Of a stretch of 32,000 nt of DNA, positions 19,001 to 29,065 are shown piece by piece. The translations under genes and the position numbers were made by a program. The stretch lies in NCBI RefSeq assembly GCF_000008645.1, contig NC_000916.1:180001-212000 (forward strand), written 5' to 3'. The notes beneath the pieces are model-generated. The model worked only from the letters and a program-made list of their open reading frames with translations. It ran no database searches and had not been told where the DNA came from. Origin of the DNA: Methanothermobacter thermautotrophicus str. Delta H (GTDB taxonomy: Archaea > Methanobacteriota > Methanobacteria > Methanobacteriales > Methanothermobacteraceae). Positions within the stretch are counted from its first letter, which is position 1. The number at the start of each line of letters is the position of its first letter.

Positions 19001-19452
19001 TGGAAAAAAGCTTTGTAATGTTAAAACCTGACGCAGTAAAAAGGCGCCTCGCAGGAAGGATAATAGCCAGGTTCGAGGACAGGGGACTCAAGATAGTCGC
19101 CTTTAAGATGCTGCAGATCCCGGAAGACCTTGCAATGGAGCACTACCAGGAACACAGGGAAAAGCCCTTCTTCAGGGACCTGGTGGACTACATAACATCA
19201 GCACCTGTCATTGCAATGGTCATTGAGGGTAAGGACTGCATATCCCTCATAAGGAAGATGGTTGGCGCAACCAACCCTGCAGAGGCAGACCTCGGGACAA
19301 TCAGGGGAGACTTCGCCCTTGAAACAGGTAGAAACATAATACACGCTTCAGATTCTCCAGAATCAGCCGAAAGGGAGATTAAACTTTTCTTTGATGAATC
19401 GGAAATTTGCAGTTACGAGATGCCTGATAGAGAAATGATATACGAGGAATAA
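18997..19452 (+). CDS. ndk: Nucleoside diphosphate kinase
   Basis: Motifs present: [10 protein letters not shown] and NIIHASDS (active-site His). Its ATG overlaps the L24e stop (ATGA). Confidence 0.95.
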
Positions 19453-19466
19453 ACGCGGAGATTCCA

Positions 19467-21251
19467 ATGAAGATCAGATCACCCATCGTCTCAGTACTCG
19501 GACACGTGGATCACGGGAAAACCACACTTCTTGACCATATAAGGGGCAGCGCAGTTGCCTCAAGGGAGGCAGGTGGTATAACCCAGCACATAGGGGCCAC
19601 AGAGATACCCATGGATGTCATTGAGGGGATCTGCGGAGACTTCCTCAAAAAATTCTCGATCAGGGAAACACTACCAGGACTCTTCTTCATTGATACACCA
19701 GGACATGAGGCGTTCACAACCCTCAGAAAACGTGGAGGGGCCCTTGCGGATCTTGCAATACTCATAGTCGATATAAATGAGGGATTCAAGCCCCAGACAC
19801 AGGAGGCCCTCAACATCCTCAGGATGTACAGGACACCCTTCGTGGTGGCTGCAAACAAGATAGACAGGATCCATGGATGGAGGGTCCACGAGGGACGCCC
19901 CTTCATGGAGACCTTCAGCAAACAGGACATCCAGGTCCAGCAGAAACTGGACACAAAGGTCTATGAACTTGTGGGCAAACTCCATGAGGAGGGCTTTGAA
20001 TCAGAGAGATTCGACAGGGTCACAGACTTCGCCTCACAGGTCAGCATAATACCCATAAGTGCCATAACAGGCGAGGGTATACCTGAACTCCTCACAATGC
20101 TCATGGGACTGGCACAGCAGTACCTCAGGGAGCAGCTCAAAATCGAGGAGGATTCCCCTGCCAGGGGCACCATCCTGGAGGTCAAGGAGGAGACAGGCCT
20201 CGGCATGACCATAGACGCTGTAATATATGATGGAATACTCAGAAAGGACGACACCATAGCCATGATGACATCAAAGGATGTCATATCCACCAGGATAAGA
20301 TCACTCCTCAAACCAAGGCCCCTCGAGGAGATGAGGGAATCCAGGAAGAAGTTCCAGAAGGTCGATGAGGTCGTTGCAGCAGCCGGTATAAAGATCGTGG
20401 CACCGGGCATCGATGACGTCATGGCCGGCTCACCCCTCAGGGTTGTAACAGACCCCGAGAAGGTGAGGGAGGAGATACTCAGCGAAATCGAGGACATCAA
20501 GATAGACACCGATGAGGCAGGCGTCGTTGTGAAGGCAGACACCCTCGGATCACTGGAGGCGGTGGTCAAGATCCTCAGGGACATGTATGTCCCCATAAAG
20601 GTGGCAGACATAGGTGACGTCTCAAGGAGGGACGTGGTGAATGCAGGTATAGCCCTCCAGGAGGACAGGGTCTATGGGGCCATAATAGCCTTCAATGTTA
20701 AGGTGATACCCTCAGCAGCCCAGGAACTCAAAAACTCAGACATAAAGCTCTTCCAGGGCAACGTCATCTACAGGCTCATGGAGGAATATGAGGAATGGGT
20801 CAGGGGCATTGAGGAAGAGAAGAAAAAGAAATGGATGGAAGCCATCATAAAACCTGCAAGCATAAGACTCATACCCAAACTGGTCTTCAGACAGAGCAAG
20901 CCAGCCATTGGAGGAGTTGAGGTCCTCACAGGCGTCATCAGGCAGGGCTACCCCCTCATGAATGATGATGGGGAGACGGTGGGTACCGTGGAGAGCATGC
21001 AGGACAAGGGTGAAAACCTCAAATCAGCATCACGCGGCCAGAAGGTTGCAATGGCCATAAAGGATGCTGTTTATGGTAAGACGATCCATGAGGGAGATAC
21101 ACTCTACGTTGACATACCCGAAAACCACTACCACATCCTTAAAGAACAGCTCTCAGGGGATCTGACAGACGAGGAACTTGATCTCATGGATAAGATAGCT
21201 GAAATCAAGAGGAAGAAGAATCCTGACTGGGGAATGAAGGCACCATTTTAA
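19467..21251 (+). CDS. infB: Translation initiation factor aIF5B (IF2-type GTPase)
   Basis: G motifs are present: [20 protein letters not shown] and NKID. It is 594 aa with no intein. Confidence 0.95.
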
Positions 21252-21270
21252 AATATAAGGAGGAGATATA

Positions 21271-21651
21271 TTGGCATTTAAGGTTGTGATTTCAGACAAG
21301 GAGAAGAGCGTCCAGATGGAGGTCGACCCATCAGAGTCCAGGGGCCTCATTGGCCTCACCATAGGCGACGAATTCGATGGATCAATAATAGGCCTCAGCG
21401 GATACAAACTGAAGATCACAGGTGGAAGCGATAAGAACGGTTTCCCGATGAAGAAGACAGTGCCAGGTGCAAGGAGGATAAGGAGCCTTGTATCAGGCGG
21501 TGTGGGCTATAAACCCAGACGCGATGGCGAGAGAAGAAGAAAAACCTTCAGGGGAAACACAATATCTGATGACATAGTCCAGATAAACACCGTTGTCATT
21601 GAGAAGGGTGAGAAACCACTCGAAGAACTCCTTGGCGCCGATGAGGAATAA
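21271..21651 (+). CDS. rps6e: Ribosomal protein S6e
   Basis: Motifs present: GYKLKITGGSDKNGFPM and a RRRKTFRG-like segment. The TTG start lies 3 nt after AGGAGGAGAT. Confidence 0.9.
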   Translation: MAFKVVISDKEKSVQMEVDPSESRGLIGLTIGDEFDGSIIGLSGYKLKITGGSDKNGFPMKKTVPGARRIRSLVSGGVGYKPRRDGERRRKTFRGNTISDDIVQINTVVIEKGEKPLEELLGADEE

Positions 21652-21675
21652 TAAAAGCGTTTATAGGTGTAATCT

Positions 21676-22902
21676 GTGAAAAATCAATCCGAAATAAACA
21701 TTGGTCTTGTGGGGCACGTGGACCATGGTAAAACAACCCTTACAAAGGCACTTTCAGGTGTCTGGACCGACACACACAGTGAGGAAACCAAGAGGGGCAT
21801 CTCCATACGTCTGGGCTATGCCGACATAACCTTCAGGAAGTGCCCGCAGTGCGAAGCCCCAATGTGCTATACAACGGCAGAGATATGTGAGAGGTGCGGC
21901 ACAGAGACAGAGCTCCTCAGGAAGGTTTCCTTTGTGGATGCCCCGGGCCATGAAACCCTCATGGCTACCATGCTCTCTGGAGCAGCCCTCATGGACGGCG
22001 CCATACTCGTGATAGCTGCAAACGAACCATGCCCCCAGCCCCAGACAAAGGAGCACCTCATGGCCCTTGATGTTATAGGGGTGAAGGATGTCATCGTCGT
22101 CCAGAACAAGATAGATATCGTTTCGAAGGAGAGGGCGCTTGAAAGCTACAGGGAGATCAAGGAGTTCGTGAAGGGTACCTGCGCTGAGGATGCACCTATA
22201 ATACCGGTATCTGCTCAACAGGGCGCCAACATTGATATCCTCATTGAAACCATTGAGGAGAGAATCAAAACCCCCAAGAGGGACGTTGATAAACCTGCCA
22301 GGATGTACGTGGCCAGGTCCTTTGACATAAACAAACCTGGCGCAGACCCCGAACACCTCGCAGGAGGAGTTATAGGGGGCTCACTGGTCCAGGGCAGGCT
22401 CAGGGTTGGAGACGAGATAGAGATAAGACCGGGCATACAGGTCAAAAAGGACGGTAAGCAGACCTGGATGAGTCTGCACTCCACAATCACGGGCCTGGTG
22501 GCCGGTGGAGAGGAGATGGAAGAAGTTGGACCCGGCGGACTCGTGGGTGTCGGGACACTCCTGGATCCAGCCCTCACCAAGGCGGACTCACTTTCAGGGT
22601 CAGTTGCCGGGGAACCAGGCACACTGCCACCTGTAAGGCACTCATTCACCATGGAGACACACCTCCTGGAGAGGGTTGTCGGTACCAAGGAGGAGACCAA
22701 GGTCGAACCCATAAAGACAGGGGAACCCCTGATGATAAACGTCGGTACCACAACCACGGTGGGTGTTGTCAAATCTGCCAGGGCAGATGATGCCGACGTG
22801 GTCCTCAAACTCCCTGCATGCGCAGAGGAGGGTCAGAGGATAGCCCTCTCCAGGCGTGTCGGTGCAAGATGGAGGCTGATAGGATATGGTATCATCAAAT
22901 AG
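21676..22902 (+). CDS. Translation initiation factor aIF2 gamma subunit
   Basis: Motifs present: [10 protein letters not shown], the zinc knuckle CPQC...CERC, DAPGHE and QNKID. The GTG start follows AGGTGTAATCT. Confidence 0.95.
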
Positions 22903-22926
22903 GGTGGTCATAGACACCAATTTTTT

Positions 22927-23286
22927 ATGATACCCTACCAGTTCCGGGTCGACATCGTATCCGAGCTCCGGAGACTCTTCCCAAAAAACGACCTTCTTGT
23001 CCCATCCTTCGTCATAGGGGAACTTGAAGGCATAAAGAGACATTCAGGCGGTGATGCGAGGATAGCCGCGTCCGTTGGACTCGCACTCGCAAAGAAACCC
23101 CCCTTCAGGATTTTTGAGGAGAAACTCCTTGAAGGTGAAACCGTTGACGACGCGCTTCTCCGGATCTCAGATGTCCTCTGCACCAGCGACCGGGAACTCA
23201 GAAGAAGGGCAAGGTCGAAGGGAATACCTGTTGTCTACCTGAGACAGAAAAGATATCTTGGAGTGGATGGGCATATATTGGAGTAG
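22927..23286 (+). CDS. Fcf1-like PIN domain protein. The ORF as given lacks the first catalytic-Asp strand, which is encoded out of frame from ATG 22886.
   Basis: Motifs present: [10 protein letters not shown]..., [26 protein letters not shown]. The upstream frame reads [14 protein letters not shown] and ends in a T6 run. Confidence 0.75.
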   Translation: MIPYQFRVDIVSELRRLFPKNDLLVPSFVIGELEGIKRHSGGDARIAASVGLALAKKPPFRIFEEKLLEGETVDDALLRISDVLCTSDRELRRRARSKGIPVVYLRQKRYLGVDGHILE

Positions 23287-23297
23287 GAGGTTTACTC

Positions 23298-23828
23298 ATG
23301 AATCTGTGGAAGGATATTGAACCGGGACCATCAGTACCCGAGGTTGTCTATGCGGTTGTTGAAATACCAAAGGGTTCAAGGAACAAGTACGAATACCACA
23401 AGGACCTTCAGGCATTCGCCCTTGACAGGGTACTCTACTCAGCAGTATTCTACCCTGCAGAGTACGGTATAATACCAAGGACACTCTACGATGACGGAGA
23501 CCCCATGGACATCCTCGTACTCATGGATGAACCAACATTCCCGGGCTGCATCATAGAATCAAGACCCATAGGCCTTTTAAGGATGATCGATGGTGGTGAC
23601 CAGGACGACAAGATCCTGGCGGTGCCTGTGGCAGACCCGCACTTCGCCGATGTAAAGGACATCTCAGACATACCAGAGCACAACCTTAAGGAGATAGCAA
23701 ACTTCTTTGAAACCTACAAGAAACTTGAAGGTAAAAAAACAGAGACACTCGGATGGGAGGGTGCTGAAAAGGCATTTGAAGCAGTCAACCACTCCATAGA
23801 ACTCTACAGGAAAAAATATATGGAGTAA
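23298..23828 (+). CDS. ppa: Inorganic pyrophosphatase (family I)
   Basis: Motifs present: [30 protein letters not shown] and DDKILAV. The start context is AGGAGGTTTACTC-ATG. Confidence 0.95.
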   Translation: MNLWKDIEPGPSVPEVVYAVVEIPKGSRNKYEYHKDLQAFALDRVLYSAVFYPAEYGIIPRTLYDDGDPMDILVLMDEPTFPGCIIESRPIGLLRMIDGGDQDDKILAVPVADPHFADVKDISDIPEHNLKEIANFFETYKKLEGKKTETLGWEGAEKAFEAVNHSIELYRKKYME

Positions 23829-23848
23829 TTCTTTAATGGGGGATCCCA

Positions 23849-24403
23849 TTGTATTATGTAACAAAGATTGTTGATACCGTCAGAATACCTCCAGACCGCT
23901 TTGAAGAGCCACTGGAGGAGGTCGCCGTCGAGGTTCTAAACGAGACCTACGTTGGAAGGATGGATAAGAACCTCGGGCAGCTGATAACCGTCAAAGAGAT
24001 AGAGGATATAGGGATAGGAAAGGTTATAATGGGTGACGGTGCCGCCTACCATGAGGTGACCTTCACAGCCCTCTTCTTCAAACCTGAACTACATGAAATC
24101 GTTGAGGGTGAGGTTATAGAGATAGCAGAGTTCGGAGCCTTCGTGCGCATAGGTCCGGTGGATGGCCTGGTGCACGTTTCACAGGTAACCGACGACTACA
24201 TAACCTACGACCCCAAGAAGGGCTCCCTCACAGGTAAGGAGTCAGGCAGACGCCTCGACGAGGGCGACCTTGTAAGGGCAAGGATAGTCGCACTCAGCCT
24301 CAAGGGCCGAAGAGAGGGCGTAAAGGTGGGCCTCACCATGAGGCAGCCCGGCCTTGGAAAATTCGAATGGATTGAAGAAGAGAAGAGGAAGAGTAAAAAA
24401 TGA
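23849..24403 (+). CDS. rpoE: DNA-directed RNA polymerase subunit E' (Rpo7), with S1 domain
   Basis: The N-terminal VRIPP motif and the S1 fold segment [27 protein letters not shown] are present. The TTG start follows GGGGGATCCCA. Confidence 0.9.
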   Translation: MYYVTKIVDTVRIPPDRFEEPLEEVAVEVLNETYVGRMDKNLGQLITVKEIEDIGIGKVIMGDGAAYHEVTFTALFFKPELHEIVEGEVIEIAEFGAFVRIGPVDGLVHVSQVTDDYITYDPKKGSLTGKESGRRLDEGDLVRARIVALSLKGRREGVKVGLTMRQPGLGKFEWIEEEKRKSKK

Positions 24404-24582
24404 CTGAGAAGGCATGCACAAGGTGTAAGAGAATCACCAGTGACGAAAGATGCCCGGTCTGCAATGTCCCGGCATCCACCAACTGGAGCGGACTCCTCAT
24501 AATAATAGATCCGGATAAATCAGATATAGCCAGGGAGCTCAACATAACACTGCCTGGTGAATACGCGCTGAGGGTCAGATAG
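24400..24582 (+). CDS. spt4: Transcription elongation factor Spt4 / RpoE''
   Basis: It is 60 aa with a zinc ribbon (CTRC...CPVC). Its ATG overlaps the rpoE' stop (ATGA). Confidence 0.85.
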   Translation: MTEKACTRCKRITSDERCPVCNVPASTNWSGLLIIIDPDKSDIARELNITLPGEYALRVR

Positions 24583-25073
24583 TGTACATACTGCCGGAGG
24601 AACTGAGGGCGGAGCTCAAAAGGCCACTTGGAGAGCTCCACAGGTCATTCAGTGACGTTGATGTGGGGAACTCATTCCTCATAACGGTTGGTGACGTCAC
24701 AACCCGCAATGCACTGGAGCATGGCCTTAAACCCGATGTCAGCATAATAGATAACAGGATCCAGAGAAGGGACTCTGACCATGAATTCAGGGACACAGCA
24801 ACCATTCTCAGATCCAGGAACCCGCCAGGCACAGTAACAGAGAGCCTCTGGAAATCCATCGAAGAGGCCATAGAGGGCGCCACAGAGAGAGGAGAGCGCT
24901 TCATGATAGTTGTTGACGGTGAGGAGGACCTTGCCGTTTTACCATCAATACTTCTCGCCCCACCTGACACAGTGATTCTTTACGGACAGCCAGATGAGGG
25001 CGTTGTGCTGGTGAGGGCCAGTGAAACATCCAGTAAGGCTGAAGAACTCATGAAAAAATTTGAGGAGGCATAA
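24582..25073 (+). CDS. DUF359 / UPF0218 protein (archaeal GTP-dependent dephospho-CoA kinase family)
   Basis: The family-typical segment ITVGDVTTRNALEHGLKPDVSIIDNRIQR is present. It sits in the conserved position between spt4 and rps24e. Its GTG start overlaps the spt4 TAG by 1 nt. Confidence 0.75.
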   Translation: MYILPEELRAELKRPLGELHRSFSDVDVGNSFLITVGDVTTRNALEHGLKPDVSIIDNRIQRRDSDHEFRDTATILRSRNPPGTVTESLWKSIEEAIEGATERGERFMIVVDGEEDLAVLPSILLAPPDTVILYGQPDEGVVLVRASETSSKAEELMKKFEEA

Positions 25074-25074
25074 A

Positions 25075-25377
25075 ATGGAGATTAACATAATCGAGGAAAA
25101 GGAAAACCCACTCTTAAACAGGAAGGAGATAAGGTTTGAATGCTTATACGAGGGCGAATCAACCCCAAAGGTCCTTGAAGTTAAGAACAAACTCGTTGCA
25201 ATGCTTGACGCTGATAAGGATCTTCTCGTGGTTGACAAAATTGACCAGGGTTTCGGTGAGCCAAGGGCGACCGGCTATGCCAAGATTTATGAGTCAGCTG
25301 AGAAACTCACCGAGATAGAACCCGAACACGTGATAAAGAAGAACACTGAGGCATCAGAGGAAGAGGAGGAGGAATAG
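25075..25377 (+). CDS. rps24e: Ribosomal protein S24e
   Basis: The sequence reads MEINIIEEKENPLLNRKEI.F.. and ends in an acidic tail. GAGGAGG lies 6 nt before the ATG. Confidence 0.9.
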   Translation: MEINIIEEKENPLLNRKEIRFECLYEGESTPKVLEVKNKLVAMLDADKDLLVVDKIDQGFGEPRATGYAKIYESAEKLTEIEPEHVIKKNTEASEEEEEE

Positions 25378-25533
25378 ATGAAGAAATTTGAGCTCTACGA
25401 GGTCAAGGACGGTAAACTCGTCAGGAAGAACCCCTTCTGTGTCAGGTGCTCAAACGGTGTCTTCATGGCAGACCATGGGGACAGGTACGCCTGCGGTAAA
25501 TGCGGATACACCGAATGGAAAAACAGGGAATAG
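25378..25533 (+). CDS. rps27ae: Ribosomal protein S27ae (51 aa, below the ORF-track cutoff)
   Basis: Hand translation gives [51 protein letters not shown], with a C4 zinc ribbon. Its ATG directly follows the S24e TAG. Confidence 0.9.
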   Translation: MKKFELYEVKDGKLVRKNPFCVRCSNGVFMADHGDRYACGKCGYTEWKNRE

Positions 25534-25541
25534 GTGGAAAC

Positions 25542-26948
25542 TTGAACCTGAGGGCTGGCAGATTGAATAGCGGGATGGAGGATGAGGCCGCGGAGTTCAC
25601 ATCATCCCTCACATTTGATCACCACATATTTGAGGCCGACATTGAGTGTAACATGGCACATACACGCATGCTGGCCCATGAGGGCATAATCCCTGAGGAA
25701 GTGGCCGCTAAAATCATAGATGCCCTTGAAAGCCTCAGGGAGGAGGGTATAGAGGCCCTTGACATGGACCCATCGGTGGAGGATATCCATATGGCCGTTG
25801 AGAACTATGTAACGGCCAGGATCGGAGAGGAAGCAGGGTTCATGCACACAGGCAAATCCAGGAACGATCAGGTCGCAACCGATCTCAGACTGGCCCTCAG
25901 GGAGAGGATAAGGACAATAAGCCGTGAACTCCTTGATTTTATTGACAGTATCTCAGACCTTGCCCTCGATCACACCGAAACCGTCATGGTGGGCTACACC
26001 CACCTTCAGCATGCCCAGCCAACAACCCTAGGCCACCACCTCATGGCCTACGCCAGCTCCCTCAGGAGGGACTATGAGAGGCTCCAGGATACCCTTAAGA
26101 GGGTTGACCAGAACCCCCTGGGATCCGCTGCCATGACAACAACCAGCTTCCCCATAAACAGGGAACTCACGACCCGGCTCCTCGGGTTCTCAGATTACAT
26201 GAAAAATTCCATGGACGCCGTCAGTGCAAGGGACTTCATAGCAGAGACGGTATTCGACCTCTCAATGCTGGCAGTGAACCTCAGCAGGATCTCAGAGGAG
26301 ATGATACTCTGGAGCACCCACGAGTTTGGTATCGTGGAGATACCTGATGAATTCTCATCAACATCATCCATCATGCCCCAGAAGAAGAACCCTGATGTGG
26401 CTGAGATAGCCCGTGCAAAGACATCCACCGTCCAGGGAGAACTTGTAACCATCCTTGGAATCATGAAGGCACTCCCCTACACCTACAACAGGGACCTGCA
26501 GGAGGTAACACCCCACCTCTGGAGGGCCGTCGACACGGTACTCTCAATGATCAGGGTTGTCAGGGGAATGCTCCTCGGCATCAGGGTTAACAGGAACCGG
26601 GCCCTTGAACTTGCAGGTGCCAACTTCGCAACAGCCACAGACCTTGCAGACATCATAGTACGTGAGCGGGGGATACCCTTCAGGGTGGCCCACAGGATAG
26701 TGGGAAGGCTTGTTACAAGGGCCATTGAGGACGGCCTCGCACCCGGTGACGTGGATTCAGTTTACCTTGACGAGGTCAGCCTGGAGGTCACCGGACGGAA
26801 ACTTGAACTTGACCCTGAACTTGTTGAGAAGGCCCTTGATCCCCTTGAGAACGTCAGGATGAGGAGGATACCTGGAGGACCCGCCCCTGAGATGGTCAGG
26901 GTTGCGGTTGAGGAGATGAAGTCCTTCATTGAATCTGAGAGGAAATGA
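25542..26948 (+). CDS. argH: Argininosuccinate lyase
   Basis: Motifs present: [11 protein letters not shown] and the signature [12 protein letters not shown]-like [14 protein letters not shown]. The TTG start lies 3 nt after GGTGGA and gives MNLRAGRL. The track ATG at 25500 lies inside rps27ae. Confidence 0.93.
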   Translation: MNLRAGRLNSGMEDEAAEFTSSLTFDHHIFEADIECNMAHTRMLAHEGIIPEEVAAKIIDALESLREEGIEALDMDPSVEDIHMAVENYVTARIGEEAGFMHTGKSRNDQVATDLRLALRERIRTISRELLDFIDSISDLALDHTETVMVGYTHLQHAQPTTLGHHLMAYASSLRRDYERLQDTLKRVDQNPLGSAAMTTTSFPINRELTTRLLGFSDYMKNSMDAVSARDFIAETVFDLSMLAVNLSRISEEMILWSTHEFGIVEIPDEFSSTSSIMPQKKNPDVAEIARAKTSTVQGELVTILGIMKALPYTYNRDLQEVTPHLWRAVDTVLSMIRVVRGMLLGIRVNRNRALELAGANFATATDLADIIVRERGIPFRVAHRIVGRLVTRAIEDGLAPGDVDSVYLDEVSLEVTGRKLELDPELVEKALDPLENVRMRRIPGGPAPEMVRVAVEEMKSFIESERK

Positions 26949-27078
26949 GGAAGTTTCCTGACGGGATTAAATAACTCTTTTTCATGCTCCCCGCACTTTC
27001 AGGCAGGTTATTGACCTTTCCTGGAGGTTCCCGTAAATTTGAAGTTAATTGAAATTTCCTGACAGTTTCCCAGAAATT

Positions 27079-27086
27079 TTTATATA
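27079..27086 (+). promoter_or_regulatory. Consensus TATA box (TTTATATA) 24 nt upstream of a small ORF, with no SD. This suggests a leaderless transcript.
   Basis: AAATTTTTATATAT is read directly from the sequence. The spacing from the TATA box places the TSS at or next to the ATG at 27111. Confidence 0.45.
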
Positions 27087-27110
27087 TCCTTTTTGATAAA
27101 TAATTATTAC

Positions 27111-27251
27111 ATGGAATCTGAAAACGAAAACAGAATAGTGGGACTTCTTGCAGTGCTGATAGGTATACTGATGATAATCTACCCCCAGCTGGTTGGCTAC
27201 CTCGTTGGCATCTTCCTCATAATCTACGGGGTACTCAAGATATTTGGCTGA
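27111..27251 (+). CDS. Small (46 aa) predicted two-helix membrane protein
   Basis: Hand translation gives MESENENRIVGLLAVLIGILMIIYPQLVGYLVGIFLIIYGVLKIFG*. A good promoter sits at leaderless distance. I recognise no homologous family. Confidence 0.45.
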   Translation: MESENENRIVGLLAVLIGILMIIYPQLVGYLVGIFLIIYGVLKIFG

Positions 27252-27263
27252 GGGTGAGTATAT

Positions 27264-28271
27264 TCAGGGACTGCAGATGCTCCAGATGAGGTCAAGGGCC
27301 TCGCCCGGTTCAAGGACACCTGCCCTTGTCTCCCGCAGGACCCTCTGTATGGAGTAGCGCCTGAGATGGGGGTGCCTGCGGTGAACCTCCCCCAGTAGTG
27401 GACAGCCGAAGTTCATTGAGGATCTCACACCATGAAGAGATGCCACTGATCTAACCTCCTGCTTTGAAGCCGCGAAGAGGGCCGGCAGATTGACCCTAAG
27501 AATGCCATCGTCCACATTGACCGACTGATAGCCAGTGGAGAGAAGGTCACCGAATATTACGGTGTCAATTTCCATATTTCTTATTTTATCCATAACAGTA
27601 CTCTCAATCAGTCCTGAACAGCGCCCACATGGGTGGAACCTCCCATCGAGGGCCCCGCTCTGGATATCGCCCAGCTCTGCACCTATGTACTCGTGTCTCA
27701 CACCGAGGAGGCTGCAGAGTTCCTCAAGAGACCTCCTGATGTGACCTGGCAGTATTATGGTGCCGGGGTCAACTGTGAGGGCGAAGGGTCTCAGTCCAAG
27801 TTTAACCGCGGCTATGAGGGAGAATGAACTGTCCACCCCACCCGATAGTGCCACAGCCACCTCGGGACCATCGGCACCTGATCTGGAAAGCTCAAGGAGA
27901 AATTCAAGGCCTGATGGATACTCCATGCGCATTTTAAGGGCTTCCTCAAGTATTTTCAGGACCCTGAAGGATCCTTCAAGTTCACTGATCCTCTCAAGGG
28001 CAAGGCCGACCCTGTGTCTCCTTATGATGATGTCGGTCTCTGCTTCAACATGGACCCTCCCTACTCCCAGTTTCTCCCTCAGCCTACCGGCCACCCAGCC
28101 GCCCTTACCTATTATGGCCGACTTGTCAGAGCGGTCAGGTGCAACGATCAGGAGGCTGTCTCTCTTCTCATCGAGGACAACATCCACTATGCGTATATCT
28201 GCATCTCCATGCCCTATATCCTTCCTGATATCCCTTATCATCCCTGCAAGTTCATCTGCATCCATGAGCAT
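27264..28271 (-). CDS. PP-loop ATP pyrophosphatase family protein with N-terminal KH-like domain
   Basis: It has the PP-loop SGGVDS, the KH GXXG IIGKGGWVAGRLREKLG, and HPCGRCSG. I chose the start MLMDADE (28271, or 28265). The track's further 65 aa are hydrophobic or odd and span the divergent promoter region. Confidence 0.7.
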   Translation of the reverse strand: MLMDADELAGMIRDIRKDIGHGDADIRIVDVVLDEKRDSLLIVAPDRSDKSAIIGKGGWVAGRLREKLGVGRVHVEAETDIIIRRHRVGLALERISELEGSFRVLKILEEALKMRMEYPSGLEFLLELSRSGADGPEVAVALSGGVDSSFSLIAAVKLGLRPFALTVDPGTIILPGHIRRSLEELCSLLGVRHEYIGAELGDIQSGALDGRFHPCGRCSGLIESTVMDKIRNMEIDTVIFGDLLSTGYQSVNVDDGILRVNLPALFAASKQEVRSVASLHGVRSSMNFGCPLLGEVHRRHPHLRRYSIQRVLRETRAGVLEPGEALDLIWSICSP

Positions 28272-28447
28272 ACTTCCCGCATTAACAGTATCAGCTGGAG
28301 GGTTCCAGTTCAACATAAAATATATTATGGGCGCTGTCAATATTAATATAGGGATTGTGCAGTCAGTGACTGGAAACCCGGATGTCAGCTGGTAAAGAAA
28401 AAACTGCCACTGAGGCAGCGGATTGACCTGAAAAATCTCGTCGGGGG

Positions 28448-29065
28448 ATGAATGCTGAGATGCCAAACATAAGAAGTCTTCTTTTTGGTGACCAGGAAGA
28501 GGAATGGGGATATAAAAGGGAAAGTGAGAATATAATTGTGGGTTATGGCTATAAGAAGTTCAGCAAACCCCCTGTTATAGGCAAGAACCCCCTGCTCCGC
28601 TCAAACACCGTCATATACAATGATGTCACCATAGGCGATAACCTCAGGACGGGGCACAATGTCCTCATAAGGGAGAAAACGACCATTGGCGATGATGTTC
28701 TCATAGGTACAAACACGGTCATCGAGGGTCATTCAAAGATAGGTAGCAATGTGAGTATACAGTCGAATGTTTACCTGCCCAAGAACAGTTACATAGAGGA
28801 CAATGTGTTCATAGGTCCCTGCGCATGCTTCACCAACGACCGCTACCCCATAAGGGTCAAGTACAAGTTGAGGGGCCCAATAATAAGGCAGGGAGCATCC
28901 ATAGGTGCGAACTCCACCTTCCTGTCAAGGATTGAGGTCGGTGAGGGCGCCATGGTGGCTGCTGGAGCGGTGGTAACAAGAAACGTCCACCATGGTCCTT
29001 GCAATAGGTGCACCTGCACGTATAAAGGCCCTCCCGGCGAAGCTGAGGGTCCCAATAACATTTGA
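28448..29065 (+). CDS. Left-handed beta-helix (hexapeptide repeat) acyltransferase. The C-terminus appears frame-shifted twice, and the restored ORF would end at 29096.
   Basis: Tandem hexapeptide repeats are present ([59 protein letters not shown]). ATG 28460 is an alternative start. Confidence 0.75.
   Translation: MNAEMPNIRSLLFGDQEEEWGYKRESENIIVGYGYKKFSKPPVIGKNPLLRSNTVIYNDVTIGDNLRTGHNVLIREKTTIGDDVLIGTNTVIEGHSKIGSNVSIQSNVYLPKNSYIEDNVFIGPCACFTNDRYPIRVKYKLRGPIIRQGASIGANSTFLSRIEVGEGAMVAAGAVVTRNVHHGPCNRCTCTYKGPPGEAEGPNNI

Noticed and set aside
19961-20611. 216-aa minus-strand ORF antisense to aIF5B. The same applies to 22215..22808 and 21754..22356 (antisense to aIF2gamma), 27757..28395 (antisense to the PP-loop gene), 1180..1733 (antisense to CobN), 11365..11856, 12298..12720, 12739..13173 and 8936..9316.
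   Set aside because: These are shadow ORFs opposite clearly conserved genes. Their Ser/Pro/Arg/Thr-biased composition is typical of antisense frames. They have no SD or promoter signals.
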